Source: Neocallimastix sp. 'constans' (Eukaryota). Taken from it: 64,000 bases of DNA. A program made the position numbers and the translations under genes. How positions within the stretch are numbered: the first letter of the stretch is position 1; each line of letters opens with the position of its first letter. The notes under the pieces are model-generated. The model was not told the DNA's origin. It saw only the letters and a program-made list of their open reading frames with translations, and did no database searches. Below, one piece after another: positions 26,501 through 37,045 of the stretch. Location: positions 248,001-312,000 of the forward strand of contig JBODTK010000159.1 of NCBI GenBank assembly GCA_050613775.1, given 5' to 3'.

Positions 26501-26655
26501 CTATTAAGGAACAACGTCATGAATTAGGTCTTCTCATGAGGAAGAGAACCATTGAAATGTTCTCCATCACCAGATATTGGAGACAACATGAACAATTATT
26601 ATGGTTAGGTCATCTCTCCAATAAACGTGAAAAATACATGAATATGTTTAGTTAA
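17575..26655 (+). CDS. gtb3: Giant membrane glycosyltransferase, GT4 PelF-like; galactosaminogalactan synthase Gtb3-like (3026 aa, intronless)
   Basis: Uninterrupted 9081-nt ORF with strong codon bias. Two clusters of hydrophobic segments (~aa 960-1160 and ~1300-1520). Motif DSGTWPTGGGGVGSCRRD; PelF/DUF3492-like LIIWDHGILWRER; GT4 EX7E motif SSITEGLPLAIGEAGLCGLPVVCTDVGGSREV. Size and layout match my recollection of Aspergillus Gtb3; orthology not tested. Confidence 0.8.
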   Translation: MGNKETQTNINNFKWQICYQKPLFDASKIKNFALWNSELSYLSEVRNPVDLLIIQYHAFYRSISNNDLFYDGASLDSSPVDSITSNIDNHSSRPISAFTKDKFIGKNGSSDALLNRLDNSKYNQSNLERMDSSSIPFSGNNNYVNSPSNVNNISLCVDTEELYGSERIVVDIDIDEFMRSFSGEITTLTVGKYITKRIKKVIEMCSINWVWGFYFSNLQNLIDKYGMDDCQQFLLYFRKTFPYFAIFTDITKMNVFEDLRDLIHGIIIYNVVFHPDGRQKSRWEWDNMKFQDYIAALRNEISLRTDFVVLDVEVLPLEKNQTFNHYQKRRYYRKWVEGNSFKGWISFNSNFNSIKCVSPPEFSSVNSFDIYEMCSSSDVQTCRQMIMNILPQLNWKDKLLNRNVWSKVLREANIPVEIINRISSIYDVTQIELSDVLLIQPPKPEFPPIEDVIHESVYNPTSNQKSLMSPRNNGGEVVLSKSNNETENAFSEVDADADTGIGYVDPSILWKQPNQTHRVFSTTAIGKTYGNERRKQVEIKLIDIMINLLEKNLLKSINPSIPSSSTQDISKSLVNQNNDISLSYDEFEFQPEMEEIIQFIDDITNQPSPLVIRILNEVFGGYDISLTYFKELRDHLMSNQVSIYIGTNSSFILKESPEELPYKKVWAIMGLDDNDKLYIFVPENVPNIVELVINCYFRRYFYHDSGKCLLLESLVVAQSQPDCLPISRRVRYEIENSTYSELFYFIRNTYLIQSSLESKIQNPVEKELLVAYASYVSDYAHYLLVEKFDYFSKIKEQVKKGYIPVHESEKEMYEWVAYCTLDPQGDKLIKEFNRKIETSMRENNYRTDSSEALALSYLFMLFWKACRRVAWIEMESSLINMNPSFIPDYDQVAVGMEMITTQSNLNMMFDLNSHQLAKYMHPVLRNNVKESREIKENIISENMDKGTDTKKARQLANAFLFVYPVIIDLILVRCLGSGIFINAYMDNTAKDVLNFVFMFIFPVCGGLMNSIARTCTFYYFYKSFSLMIAAFLRRYSASLIVLSITSVLIGIGSLFRTGYDVVYMVLFIIYTFFFGHYLVLFAILGSIKDINIWLFKNKGPSIALLGSAILLIPNLFCYFMFKDKAIVDSHYYSKIILGIYDFGFMVANLVMLLGYRRLSRNYLKFASKIKIPTKDEILDFYAIDNPKPEVFAEESPKNYLKRVALWERSARIYYMSKVNKARKNVAKKGLKSGHSIIQERIRQQRWENELMGWYVQRSGKPAPLKFSNEWDTMLKCALEELKKKNQVEKINRGDLLFDFERVVIYFGVFYFIYIFIDKWSLFILEGKPYLFLPENLKSRTDIPFKEYLNGSLYATLFMLICSGFLELTLSHVLMSKNKEKNSRLGWFTAKEIINQYKADNIYTYKSELIKFLLVIVVMLIAMSGIIFLIHGYQRSVFETFGIVAFGFVGFLIGLYHKLFFYSRECEVRLNKFLIAIIVICVGVSAILKFYVGTVFYSFYSTCIGGWLFCIVTVLIYYGGFNSDVHYSVNLSPHLASSGQRFIGQKNDLLARENLEIYLRKVFYNKNFITPSEILLKSVYAKILDAKDRFRVLSSRNILKICFPDADDLLQDIYECFYNGGIKVKIAPEEIFNIRGRRYCAISSKNKTKDILDIYTFLPQIASSDYTMSDQIDPKIIEWVAAAVIHEYAEQNAGYSHAEAAILELLVKDGENLSELPIRYLYQICVSDKRELKKLIYGYVELEKKKTLLDIDIDCEWEKLQRNTKLFLIQLNTIWYKYINRISKKYNIESISINGKIPSDLTKLLNKKHNSSMKINQIIAFSVLSIYVARRVSDLCLNEQLPKEIMLSRKRSLKKQTSSKEFLSFNRRYSISRSISRKLSMKEKKNKGSESSVNQINAISNSRNKFIEGLEELEFIIYLAFTGDTRFGREFSTTNHFYLTRLILSMIFKISSKIRWILTKKFYLSEKNIKNLLVRMKKGSFRDLYYNKEKQIERIDSYNTSLSNVVSIVEGNREGYLLAKRYFQNKATADWKPTAKDKPFSIGFFNRKTRQLIKEHELGEGNKVKSTTYYEYTNERQMFPRKIYKLRGEISSANYRDFVQIANSPELYEEQYLTSNELSLITMSVLHVLNSSNEPIDIQVTYTYDHENTTLSYAQHSFTTYKCMSEMWVMVVYYAEKWRNDDFDKAIPPKLKEVHFCRLFEPQNEYVTEYDYSHPQHVKSKTVLLSKDNKFNPISVPTPKEIADDPYALLSRRPPPSFYCTNELLTYRLKESKSFRLFSKTGKTSYFAEPFSTARSRQELWSFWRAGNIAGVFARDIDEAILRKEKTLKSYWKHRDMGYRNKAREDLQKEKEALDIILVVNDIPTIRSNLHLRFSDLAILATGGDATEISSSKDLVVQKARSDADNHSISYFSTISHSRSKINRPNVSILSINPNRPHTIHINDDNSNSNSNSSSNDDILDVVNLDSGTWPTGGGGVGSCRRDLIDYLDRIRWTAIVEIGGAELVQRDYQIERNITSIRYLPLWDNDFSSPNENVYRDHDYLSLRRKTQATKDSVIQSIFLPMVKLLIQGMVETKFTEDNLDRYEKLFIDFYLYFQKCDWSISWNHKKTQICWLKTWLEYCEKELGKGNSLSVEMPTISDIDMLFSLTTRLLLPITAEIPNISVFHASHHGVQAIIGVVAKALYKSRLIIWDHGILWRERLFGLCYSDTMPRFIQNGFVGLTRLISWLVFSKADYITPCTSIQNVTWEEWLGGKKYNNQRKMIETREKIYPIVNGMNVAKFNPQPERENPTPLAIMLSHISSVKDIHNAIYAANIIVNQMNIRSYKLHIYGSLQKDPNYTSETLNLISSLNLTEHVILKGLGNPSNVLPTGWVFVNSSITEGLPLAIGEAGLCGLPVVCTDVGGSREVVSDLKNNIVYGCIVPPQKPNQLAHAQLRVLCMTDGLKQVVNKKSKDTLTIEELIKKGASAVEARMNDPSIKEQRHELGLLMRKRTIEMFSITRYWRQHEQLLWLGHLSNKREKYMNMFS

Positions 26656-26671
26656 ACTCAATTAAATTATC

Positions 26672-26710
<39 letters not shown>

Positions 26711-27040
26711 ATTAAATTATCATTAAAAAAAAAAAAAAAAACTTTAATTTTTATTCTATTTTAATATATATATATTTTTTTTTCTACAAAATAATTTCAT
26801 GTTTTAATATAAGTTATTTTTTTTTCCACATATTAATTTCACATTTTAATATAAGTTATTATTTTTTTTTTTTTCCCTTATCAATATTTTAATATTTCTT
26901 ATATAAAATATAAAATAAATTTATATATTTAATCATAAATTTTTTCTTTTTCTTTTTTTTTTTTTTTTTAAATTTTTATAATTAATATAAATATATATAT
27001 ATTTTTTTTAATCTTAATAATTAATATTTATATTTTTTTA

Positions 27041-27072
<32 letters not shown>

Positions 27073-27789
27073 CTATTTTATCTATTATATGTAAAATAAT
27101 TATTAACAACTTTAAACAAATATAATAAAATAAATAATAAAATATAAAAAAAATAATAAAAATAAAAAAAAAAATAAACTATATTTTCTGTAAACTAATT
27201 TTAATATTAGTATTATATAACATTATAAAATATTAATTATTATAAATCACCACTTTAATTATTTATATTTCTGTGTTTTATAATTATAAATTGTTATTTT
27301 TAATAATGATTATCGTATTTAGTTTACCATTCTAAAATCATTACTTTTATTATTTATATTTCTTTGTTTTAACAATTTTTTATTATGAAGAGCTTGGTTC
27401 TGACATAACCCGGTTTCAATCTTAATGAAAAAAAAGATTAGGAAAGAAATAATAGACACCCTCAGGAAATCATATGGATATGGAATATTAAATCAGTTAA
27501 TTTCAATGCTTAATGGATTCAGTTCCAATTTTTTAATAATTCTTTACAAAACTTAATATTAACTTAAAATCATATTGGTATTTAGTAGTAAGTACCTTCA
27601 GTTCATTACTAATTTTATACCCTTCAAAAATATTTCCAATACATTGAGGTGTTTTCGTCAAGAGTATTCATTTTATAACCTAAATTTTATTTAATATTCA
27701 TATTTATCAATCAATTCACAATATTTTGTTTATTTCCAAAAAAAAAAAAAAAAAAAAAGAAGTTTTGGAATAGTTACAGATTTGAAGGA

Positions 27790-30127
27790 ATTTTATTTAA
27801 TAATAATTTTATAATAAAAATGACTCAATTATTTAATATTACATATTGTTTCTATTTTATTATTATTTTACATGTTATATGTATAATATAATATTTATAA
27901 TATTGTAATATACATTATATATAAAATCACATAATCCTTAATCTTCTCCCTACAATTAGGTATTATATAATATTTTATTTAACTTTACATTCAATTCCAT
28001 TATCTGATTTATTATTATTGATAATTTTATAAAGGATGGTATTTGAAATATATTTGAAAAGTCTTTTAAAAATATCATAAAAATATTAGATTTATTTTTT
28101 ATTAAATAGATCCAATATTTTCTTGAATAATCATCTAGGAATGTGATATAATAATTGAAGTTATTATATGAATTTTTCAATTTACCTACTTCATCTATAT
28201 GGATTAATTTTATATATTAGAATTTTTTTTTTTTGAATAATAAAATGGGTTTTTTTCTTTAACTTATTGATTTTTGCATTGATGGTAATCTTTACTGCTG
28301 TTGTTTTTAGTGTGTTCTACAATAAAAATTCTTGATATCCTTGTTATTATAGTGGCCTAGTCGAGCATGCCAAAATATCATATCAATATTAAAAAACATG
28401 ATTTTTGTTATATTAAAATTATATATTGGTGTTGTGTCAAAAGAAAATAAATTTTTCGTCATCTACATAGATATATGCAATAAGTTTTTCTTATTTTTAC
28501 ATATTTGTAGACGATCTTTAATTATTGATAATTTCCATTATGATGGTGCTTCCATTTTTTTAATTATTGAATGAGTTGAAATTAAATTAATTTTTATGTT
28601 TGACACGTAATATACATCAGATAATGTGAATTTATTTATTTTTACATTTTCCTTTATATTTACCTACATGTTTAATTGTACCTAAGTTACCATTTGGATA
28701 AATAATACTTTAATTATTTATACTTTATTTATATTTTTTTAGACATTTTTATTTCATTAGTTAAATTAATCCCTGTTCTGCTATTATAATAATCCTATGC
28801 GTAGAATTGTTTTTATTATTTATATTGATGTTATTGCAGTTATCAACAACGGAAATATTACCAAAAGAATTAATAAAAGATTCTTCATCATTATAGATAT
28901 TAAAATTTTCACAATCATCAGTATTTTCTTCATCATTATAAATATTAAAATTTTCATAATCAGCAGCATTTTCTTCATTAATGAAAACCATTTTTATAAT
29001 TTTTCTTATTATTTCTAATATTATCATTATTATTACGCTTATAGTCATTCTAATGATTATTAGCTTTAGTGTTTTCTTTAGTTAAAGAAATTATATTTTC
29101 AATAATCAGTAGAATGACCTTTAGTTTTACATATGTAACAATAATAATCATTATAAATAGGAGGGATATTTTTTTCCAATACAAAATTTTAGCTTCTTCA
29201 TCTAGAGGTGGTCTATTTAGCTTTTTTGTATTCCATTTCATGTTGATCAAATAAATTATTTAATTTCATTGATATATTGAATATAATCATCATTATTTAC
29301 TATTTTTAAATTTACAACTTTATGTTCTAAAATGTTTAAAAGAGCTTGACCGGATTGGTAGAAGCTACTTTTTAATCTCTGTATCATTTGAAAAAAAAAA
29401 CAGTTTTACATCCACATAAATATTCTTAAGTTGATTCATTAAAGTTATTTATTATAATAGATTGAACTGTATTATCAGACTTAATCTGATCTCTGTTCAT
29501 TTCATGTATATTTAATCTTTTGTCAATGTAAATATCAAAATCATTTAACAATTAAATGTCTCCTCAGAGGCTCGTACCATTGTAAAAAGTTTTCCTTTGT
29601 TAGGTTAAAAATTTTTATAACAAAAACAGATTTTGATGGATTACTAAAATATTTCATTTTATTAATGATAAATATTTTATCATTTTCATTTTGATTATCA
29701 GAATCATCAGAAAATTTAAGATTTTTACTATCATTGAAAGAAATAGATTAATTGTCCTTAATATCCTTTGGAGTCAATGAACTAGAATTTTCTTCAATTG
29801 ATTTTTTATTACCTTTTCTTTTTCTCATTTAAAAAAAAAAAAAAAAAAAAATTTTTAAAATAATTTAAAATAAAAATGGTGTACAATAATTAAAGCTTTT
29901 ATATAATTTAGGTCTCTAAGGAGTCTGACACAAAATGTATAATTTATACAATAATAATTTTATATTTAATATATATTTTATTTAATAATAATTTTATGAT
30001 AAAAAGGAATCAATTATTTAATATTATATATATTGTTTCCATTTAAATTATTTACATGTTACATGCATAATAAAATATTTATAATACTGTAATGTACAAT
30101 ATATATAAAATTATATAAACCTTAACA
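27790..30127 (-). mobile_element. Internally deleted Ty1/Copia LTR retrotransposon with both LTRs
   Basis: Direct repeats 29936-30127 (TG...CA on the minus strand) and ~27790-27942. PBS-like ttttgtgtcagactcc follows the 5' LTR; PPT gtagggagaag at 27953-27943; gag ATG at 29828; GAG-pre-integrase motif IFWHARLGHY (~28350-28378); integrase fragment YYITFLDDYSRKYWIYLIKNKS; RT/RNaseH absent. Confidence 0.85.
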
Positions 30128-30376
30128 GAATATTTCTTTTTATATTTAAAATTTTATTTTATTTTGGAGTTTCCTTTACTATGCAACCTTAACTAGGATT
30201 AAATAAAAAGAACACTGAAAAGACTCAAACTACTTTTAATCAAGTTTTATTTTGAAATTTTGTGTTTAAAAATAAGACCTCCAATACTACTATTTTCAAT
30301 ATATCTAAGAAACTATTTATATCCTATATAACAAGTTTTTTTTTTTTTTTTTGTACAAATGGGATGATACGATGTT

Positions 30377-30417
<41 letters not shown>

Positions 30418-30679
30418 GGAAGGAATCTTCTTGTATCGATTACCCATTTAGATTAACATTTACAGAGACACAAGAAAAGTATCTAGATTAATATTACATA
30501 GGCATAAAAAAAAAAAAATTCCATAGGTAAATACGAAAGATTTACTAAGAAAATAATCTTTATACAGGTAAACTAGTAATCAAATCAATTGAATACAAGA
30601 AATTTAATTTTTTTTTTTTTTTTTATAAAAAAAAATATATATATATTTATTCAATATCTCTTTAAAATATTCATAATTT

Positions 30680-31201
30680 TCTCTTTTTTTTTTTTTTTTA
30701 AGATTAAACGAATTATATGTATATTAGAATTTGAAGAGAAATCTTTATTAATAAAAATTTTTTCAATTATCTACGAGAGAGAGTCTTATTTCCTGATTTC
30801 ATATTTTATGGGGCTATTAAAATATCTTATTAACATTATACCAATTAGGATTACTGATTTATATAACACTCTGACCAATTTTACCATTAGACCTACTATT
30901 GTTAAGAGCATCATCATAGTTGAAATGATAAGTCAAAGAAGAAATTATGATATAGATTCAAATGATATTATTACTCCTCAAGGAATTATCACTGATGAAT
31001 GGAAAGAGTTAAAAGACCTTTCACCCTCAAAATTCATGTTTTCTTTTTTTTTTTTTTTTTTAATATTAACAAACAATTAATGTAGTTTCTTTCCATGTTT
31101 TTTTTTTTTTTTTTTAATAAATATTAATAAATAATGTATTTTCTTAGTGTAAATAACAAATAGCAATAATTTTTTGAAAATAACTGGTAATAATTATTTA
31201 T

Positions 31202-31240
<39 letters not shown>
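30680..31240 (+). mobile_element. Old degenerate LINE 3' fragment related to the 2985-3850 element
   Basis: Translation LKYLINIIPI...TIVKSIIIVEMI...DIDSND...GIITDEWKELKDL parallels AEFLTNVIPL...TVTKSVDVEMI...DTDSID...GVIIEEWEKLEAI; A-tract at ~31206-31240. Confidence 0.65.
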
Positions 31241-31242
<2 letters not shown>

Positions 31243-31867
31243 GTTAAATGAAGCATGACATGTAAAAGTATAATTTTAAATTTAAATTTAAAAAAATTCA
31301 TTATTTTTTTTTATTACAGCGACAATTATTGCAAATTTTTAAACTTTATTTATTTATTTATTTATTTATTAATTACATGAATACTGTTTTTTATATAAAA
31401 AAAAAAAAAAAAATACAGAGTTAATAAAAAATAAATATTATTTGTCCAACTAGAGCCTAATAATATTTAAAATTGTAATGTGAAATAAAATGTAATATTC
31501 AAAATATAATGTATAAATAAGTTCAGAAAAAAGTTCATATGCAACGCAATAAAATTTTGAAATAATGATATTTAAAAGATTTATTTATATTGTTATTTTT
31601 ATATAAGAATATATGTAATAATATTTTTTTTTTTATTTATTTTTTTATTAGTTTTTTATATTTTTACTTTTTTTTTTTTTAATTAATATATTGAATGGAA
31701 AAAAATATATATATACATATATATATATATTAATCATTATATTATTTTTCTTTGAATTAATTAAAATCATGGTTAAAATACAATTAATACAACTAAAATA
31801 TTATTATTTTAATTTAAGGATTAGTAAATTTAGTAAATTAAAATAACATAAACAAAACAAAACAAAA

Positions 31868-31905
<38 letters not shown>

Positions 31906-32100
31906 ACGATATTGTTTTATTAATTATAAATATATTATTATTATTATTTTTATCTTTTTATATTTTTTATTTTCTAATTCTTTTTTTTTTTTTTTTACTT
32001 TAATATTATTATTCTATATTATTAGATAATGTATTTAATTTTTTTTTTTTTTTTAATTTTTAATTTTTATATTTTTATTGTTATTTTTTTTTTATTATTT

Positions 32101-32139
<39 letters not shown>

Positions 32140-32474
32140 TGATAATATATAAATATATATATGTATATTAATATATTATTATTTTTTCCCCTCTATTATA
32201 ATTTATTTCAAAAAGAATAAGAAAAAAATTTTTTTATAAAATTTTATTTTTTTTTTTTCTTTTCTTTTATATCTATGCTTATATTTTTAAACTTTTTTTT
32301 TTTGTTGTTGTTGTTTTTTATTGTTTTTGAAATATTTATAAAATTTTTTTATAAATCAAAATATTTTTTTTATATAATTTATAAGATAATATATATATAT
32401 ATATATGAATTTAATTATTATTAACTATTAATGAATAATATAAATAATATTTTAAAAATATTTTATTTTTTATT

Positions 32475-32506
<32 letters not shown>

Positions 32507-32544
32507 TTTTTTTTATTTTTGAATTATTCTATTAAATGAAATAT

Positions 32545-33456
32545 TTATTGTATTAAACAGCAACATCCTTCTGATTTTTTTTGTGATGATGGTTCAGCAT
32601 TATTATCATTCATATCAGCAGTCTTTTTAATAACTTCTGGTGCTTGAGAATTAAGAGCTTTTTCTTTTTGTGATGATGAATTTCCATCACTAATTTCTTT
32701 ACTTTGCCTTTTTTGTGCTTCTTTCAATTCATTTTCTTTCTTATTAGGGAAAACAATTTCTACATTTTCATGAAATAGATTACGAGATGATGTATTACCT
32801 GGATTCTGAGATTGAGATTCCTCTGCTACCTTCGATATATATTGTCCAGATAGAATGGCTCTTAAAAATCTTGGATAACTCTCCGTTTTCATCATTTCAT
32901 AGGCTTTATTCATAGCAGGTAATAGAATATCAGGATGTAAATTATTACCATCATCTATATATCGAATAAGACGTGATCTAATAACTTGAGATAGATTTAT
33001 TTCTTTAGGCGTTCCCGGTTGTATATAACTACGAGAAATATCTTGTAATATATATGATAAGTATTGTCGATCACCTTCTTCCAATAGTTTTGTTTGTTGC
33101 TGATGTACTAAATTTTGTTGACTGGAATAATCTGTTGATAAATTTCCATTTTTTAATTTATCTAATTCAAGGTACCGACTACCTTGATTAGATGATGTCT
33201 CCCTTTCGTCGTCACTATTTTGTGAATTTAATTTATTGAAACGTTTTAAGGCTTCAGCTCTATAAATACATGCTTCCTGATAAAAATCAACATTATCATG
33301 ACTAAGTTCTGTTAAACAAAAAGCTCTATAATCTGCATAGCTATAGGGTGGTGGGAATTTATTAGCTAATATACCTCTAAGTGGATATTTTGAACGTTGT
33401 TCGGAATCATCATTACAATTATTTTTAATTGGTATTGCTTCATTATCACTGTCCAT
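32545..33456 (-). CDS. RGS (regulator of G-protein signalling) domain protein with C-terminal CaaX motif
   Basis: YRAFCLTELSHDNVDFY and YIQPGTPKEINLS...AYEMMKTESYPRFL are RGS hallmarks; protein ends GCCCLIQ. Confidence 0.9.
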   Translation of the reverse strand: MDSDNEAIPIKNNCNDDSEQRSKYPLRGILANKFPPPYSYADYRAFCLTELSHDNVDFYQEACIYRAEALKRFNKLNSQNSDDERETSSNQGSRYLELDKLKNGNLSTDYSSQQNLVHQQQTKLLEEGDRQYLSYILQDISRSYIQPGTPKEINLSQVIRSRLIRYIDDGNNLHPDILLPAMNKAYEMMKTESYPRFLRAILSGQYISKVAEESQSQNPGNTSSRNLFHENVEIVFPNKKENELKEAQKRQSKEISDGNSSSQKEKALNSQAPEVIKKTADMNDNNAEPSSQKKSEGCCCLIQ

Positions 33457-33470
33457 TATTATATTCTCTA

Positions 33471-33960
33471 CTTTTTTTTTTTTTTTTTTTAATATTGAAA
33501 AAATAAATTTTATTTAAATTAATTGGTATTTTTTTTTCTTTTTATTTTTTATTAGATAGATTTATTTTTATATCAAAACATATATCAGAAAATTTATATA
33601 CTTTTTTTTTATTCTATTTTAAATTTATTTTTTATAATTATTATTTATAATGAAAAAATGAATTGTATTTTTTTTTTTTTTTTTTTTAATATTGAAAAAA
33701 TAAATTTTATTTAAATTAATTGGTATTTTTTTTTTTTCTTTTTATTTTTTATTAGATAGATTTATTTTTATACCAAAACATATATCAGAAAATTTATATA
33801 CTTTTTTTTTATTCTATTTTAAATTTATTTTTTATAATTATTATTTATAATGAAAAAATGAATTGTATTTAAATTAATTGGTATTTTTTTGTATATATAT
33901 ATTTTTTATTAGATAGATTAATTTTTATATCAAATATTATATCTGAGAATTCATGTACTT
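33471..33960. repeat. ~200-bp tandem duplication plus a partial diverged third copy, upstream of the RGS gene
   Basis: (T)n-aatattgaaaaaataaattttatttaaattaattggtatt...gaaaaaatgaattgtattt repeated at ~33471-33667 and ~33668-33870. Confidence 0.85.
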
Positions 33961-33968
33961 TTTTTTTT

Positions 33969-34003
<35 letters not shown>

Positions 34004-34010
34004 ATTAATA

Positions 34011-34500
34011 TATATAATATTAAATACTTTATAATAATTAATAAAATTATTTCAATATAATATAAGAATTCCTATATATTTATATAATATTAAATACTTT
34101 ATAATAATTAATAAAATTATTTCAATATAATATAAGAATTCCTATATATTTATATAATATTAAATACTTTATAATAATTAATAAAATTATTTCAATATAA
34201 TATAAGAATTCCTATATATTTATATAATATTAAATACTTTATAATAATTAATAAAATTATTTCAATATAATATAAGAATTCCTATATATTTATATAATAT
34301 TAAATACTTTATAATAATTAATAAAATTATTTCAATATAATATAAGAATTCCTATATATTTATATAATATTAAATACTTTATAATAATTAATAAAATTAT
34401 TTCAATATAATATAAGAATTCCTATATATTTATATAATATTAAATACTTTATAATAATTAATAAAATTATTTCAATATAATATAAGAATTCCTATATATT
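34011..34500. repeat. Perfect minisatellite, 7 x 70 bp
   Basis: Unit tatataatattaaatactttataataattaataaaattatttcaatataatataagaattcctatatatt starts at 34011, 34081, 34151, 34221, 34291, 34361 and 34431. Confidence 0.95.
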
Positions 34501-36797
34501 TATCTTTTTTTTTTTTTTTTAAAGAAAACATTATCATTAATGTTTTAATTATTGATGTTGTAATAAATTATTTTATTATTTTATGTATTATATGATTGAT
34601 TTCATATTTTATATACAATTAATATTAATTTTTTTGATATTTTTCATAATGAAATTTGATGAATATAAATTTCCATATAATTGATATAAAAATACAGAAT
34701 TATTGAAATATTTTGTAAATAAATATTAAATGTATTATAAAAAGAAAAAAAAAAAATAGAAAATTAAGATAATAAAAATTGTAATAATTATATAAAATAT
34801 TAAAATATATATAAATAAGTATATAGATAGAGGGGTTAAAAAAATGTTAGTATGTATTACAAATTAAAAAATATATAAATGCTATATATTAAAATAATTT
34901 TATTTAATTGTATTATATTTTTTATTAAATATTAATTATATATATATATATATCATTAAAAGGTATTTTCAATAATTATATTTTTATTTTCATTTTTAAA
35001 CATAGCTGTAGTTTCTGGAGTTTATTAAATATTACTACTGACTTTCTGTATTAATACTTTTTTAAAAGTATTGATTAATAATGATATTTATATTGATTTC
35101 TTTTAATTTAATGGTTAATTATATATTTTTCAATAATTAATATTATTATGATTGATGATAACATTTGAATATATTGAATATATATATCATCGAATAAAAT
35201 TTTTTATATATATTAATTATTTGAATATAGCTATTATTACTAATACAATACTAATACATCTTTATTAATGATACATTTGTAATAGTTGATAAAAAATCCT
35301 CTTTTTTTTTTTTTTTTTTTGAAAAAAGAAAAAAAAAATAATTAACAACAATAATAATAATTTTTAAATGGTTATAGACAAATATATATTTTGAAAAATT
35401 AAAAATATTTAGGTTGTTATTCTATTCATTCCATGCTTATTATATCAATATCGTATATAATATTATTTATTATTGATCTATTAATTATGTCAATTACTTT
35501 TTTTTAATTATTCTCTTCTTTTTAATTTTTTATACTCTTCTTCCTCTTATTTTCTTTTTATTTTAAATTTTATCTTTTTTTTTTTTTTTTTTTTCTTTTC
35601 AGTAAATAAAATTTATATAATTATTAATAAAAAAATTTTTTTTTAAAAAAAATTATTATATATTGAACTTTATAATATTAGATAAATAAAAGTATTATTT
35701 ATTATGATATTTTACATAATAATATATGATATAAATTACTATACAAAAATATATATATATAAATATATATATTTTTATATAAAATATAAAATATAGTTTA
35801 ATTTATTGTTTTTATCCTTCCTTCCTCTCTACATATAATAATCAAAAAAAAAAAAAAAAAAAAATAAAAATAATAATTATAATAATAATGAATCTATATA
35901 TAATTAATACATATATTAAATAAATAATAATAATTCAAAAAACATTTATATAAAAATTAACTTTATAATTTTTAAGGTTTTATTTTTCCTTTATGTTTTA
36001 AAATTTGTACTATTTATTAATCTATGACAAATAGGTTTATTATCAAATTTTAGATTTAATCAAAAATAAAAAAAAAAAATATATATATATATATAAATAT
36101 ATATATATAATTAAACAAATTAAGAATGAAAAATATTATATTTAATAAAATATTCAATAATTATATGAATTTAAAAAAAATGATGTAGATATGAGAAAAT
36201 AATAAAGTTTAATTTTAAAAATAAAAGTTTATATATTTAATATTAATACTTTTTCATAAATTTTCTTTTTCCCCTTTCATTTTTTTTTTTTTTTTTTTTT
36301 TGGTTTGCTTGTTTTTTTTTTTTTTTTATCATTCTATTCATATTTTTATATTTATTATAAACATTAATTTCAGTATGTAAAAGAAAATATAAATATATTA
36401 ATTTTAATAAAACAATATAAAGTATTTTTATTGAAAAGAGTAAAAACATTAGTTCTTCAATATTTAAGAAAATGAAAGTTGTTAAAATTCTTTTAATATC
36501 AAAATATATACATTATTATTTAATGAAATTTTAAATAATATAAATAATTTATTATTATTACTATTAGTAATATTAATAAAAAACTATCTTTATTATGTTT
36601 TTTATGAAACTACTAAAAATAAAAAATATTATTAATTATAGAAAATCTTATTTTTATATTTATAAAATATATTAAATGACAGAATTCAAATTAATTATTA
36701 AATTTAGTTCTTTTTTCATAAAGTTTATTATGTTACCTTTTAATTTAATCAATAATATTTATTTATAAAAAGTATAAGAAAATAATATTAAATAGAG

Positions 36798-37045
<248 letters not shown>

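Noticed and set aside
27390..27780. GC-richer patch next to the Copia 3' LTR
   Set aside because: Probably another decayed element, but no assignable motif.
34011..34500. Regularly spaced repeats resembling a CRISPR array
   Set aside because: Units are identical head-to-tail with no unique spacers, no cas genes are present, and the context is eukaryotic.
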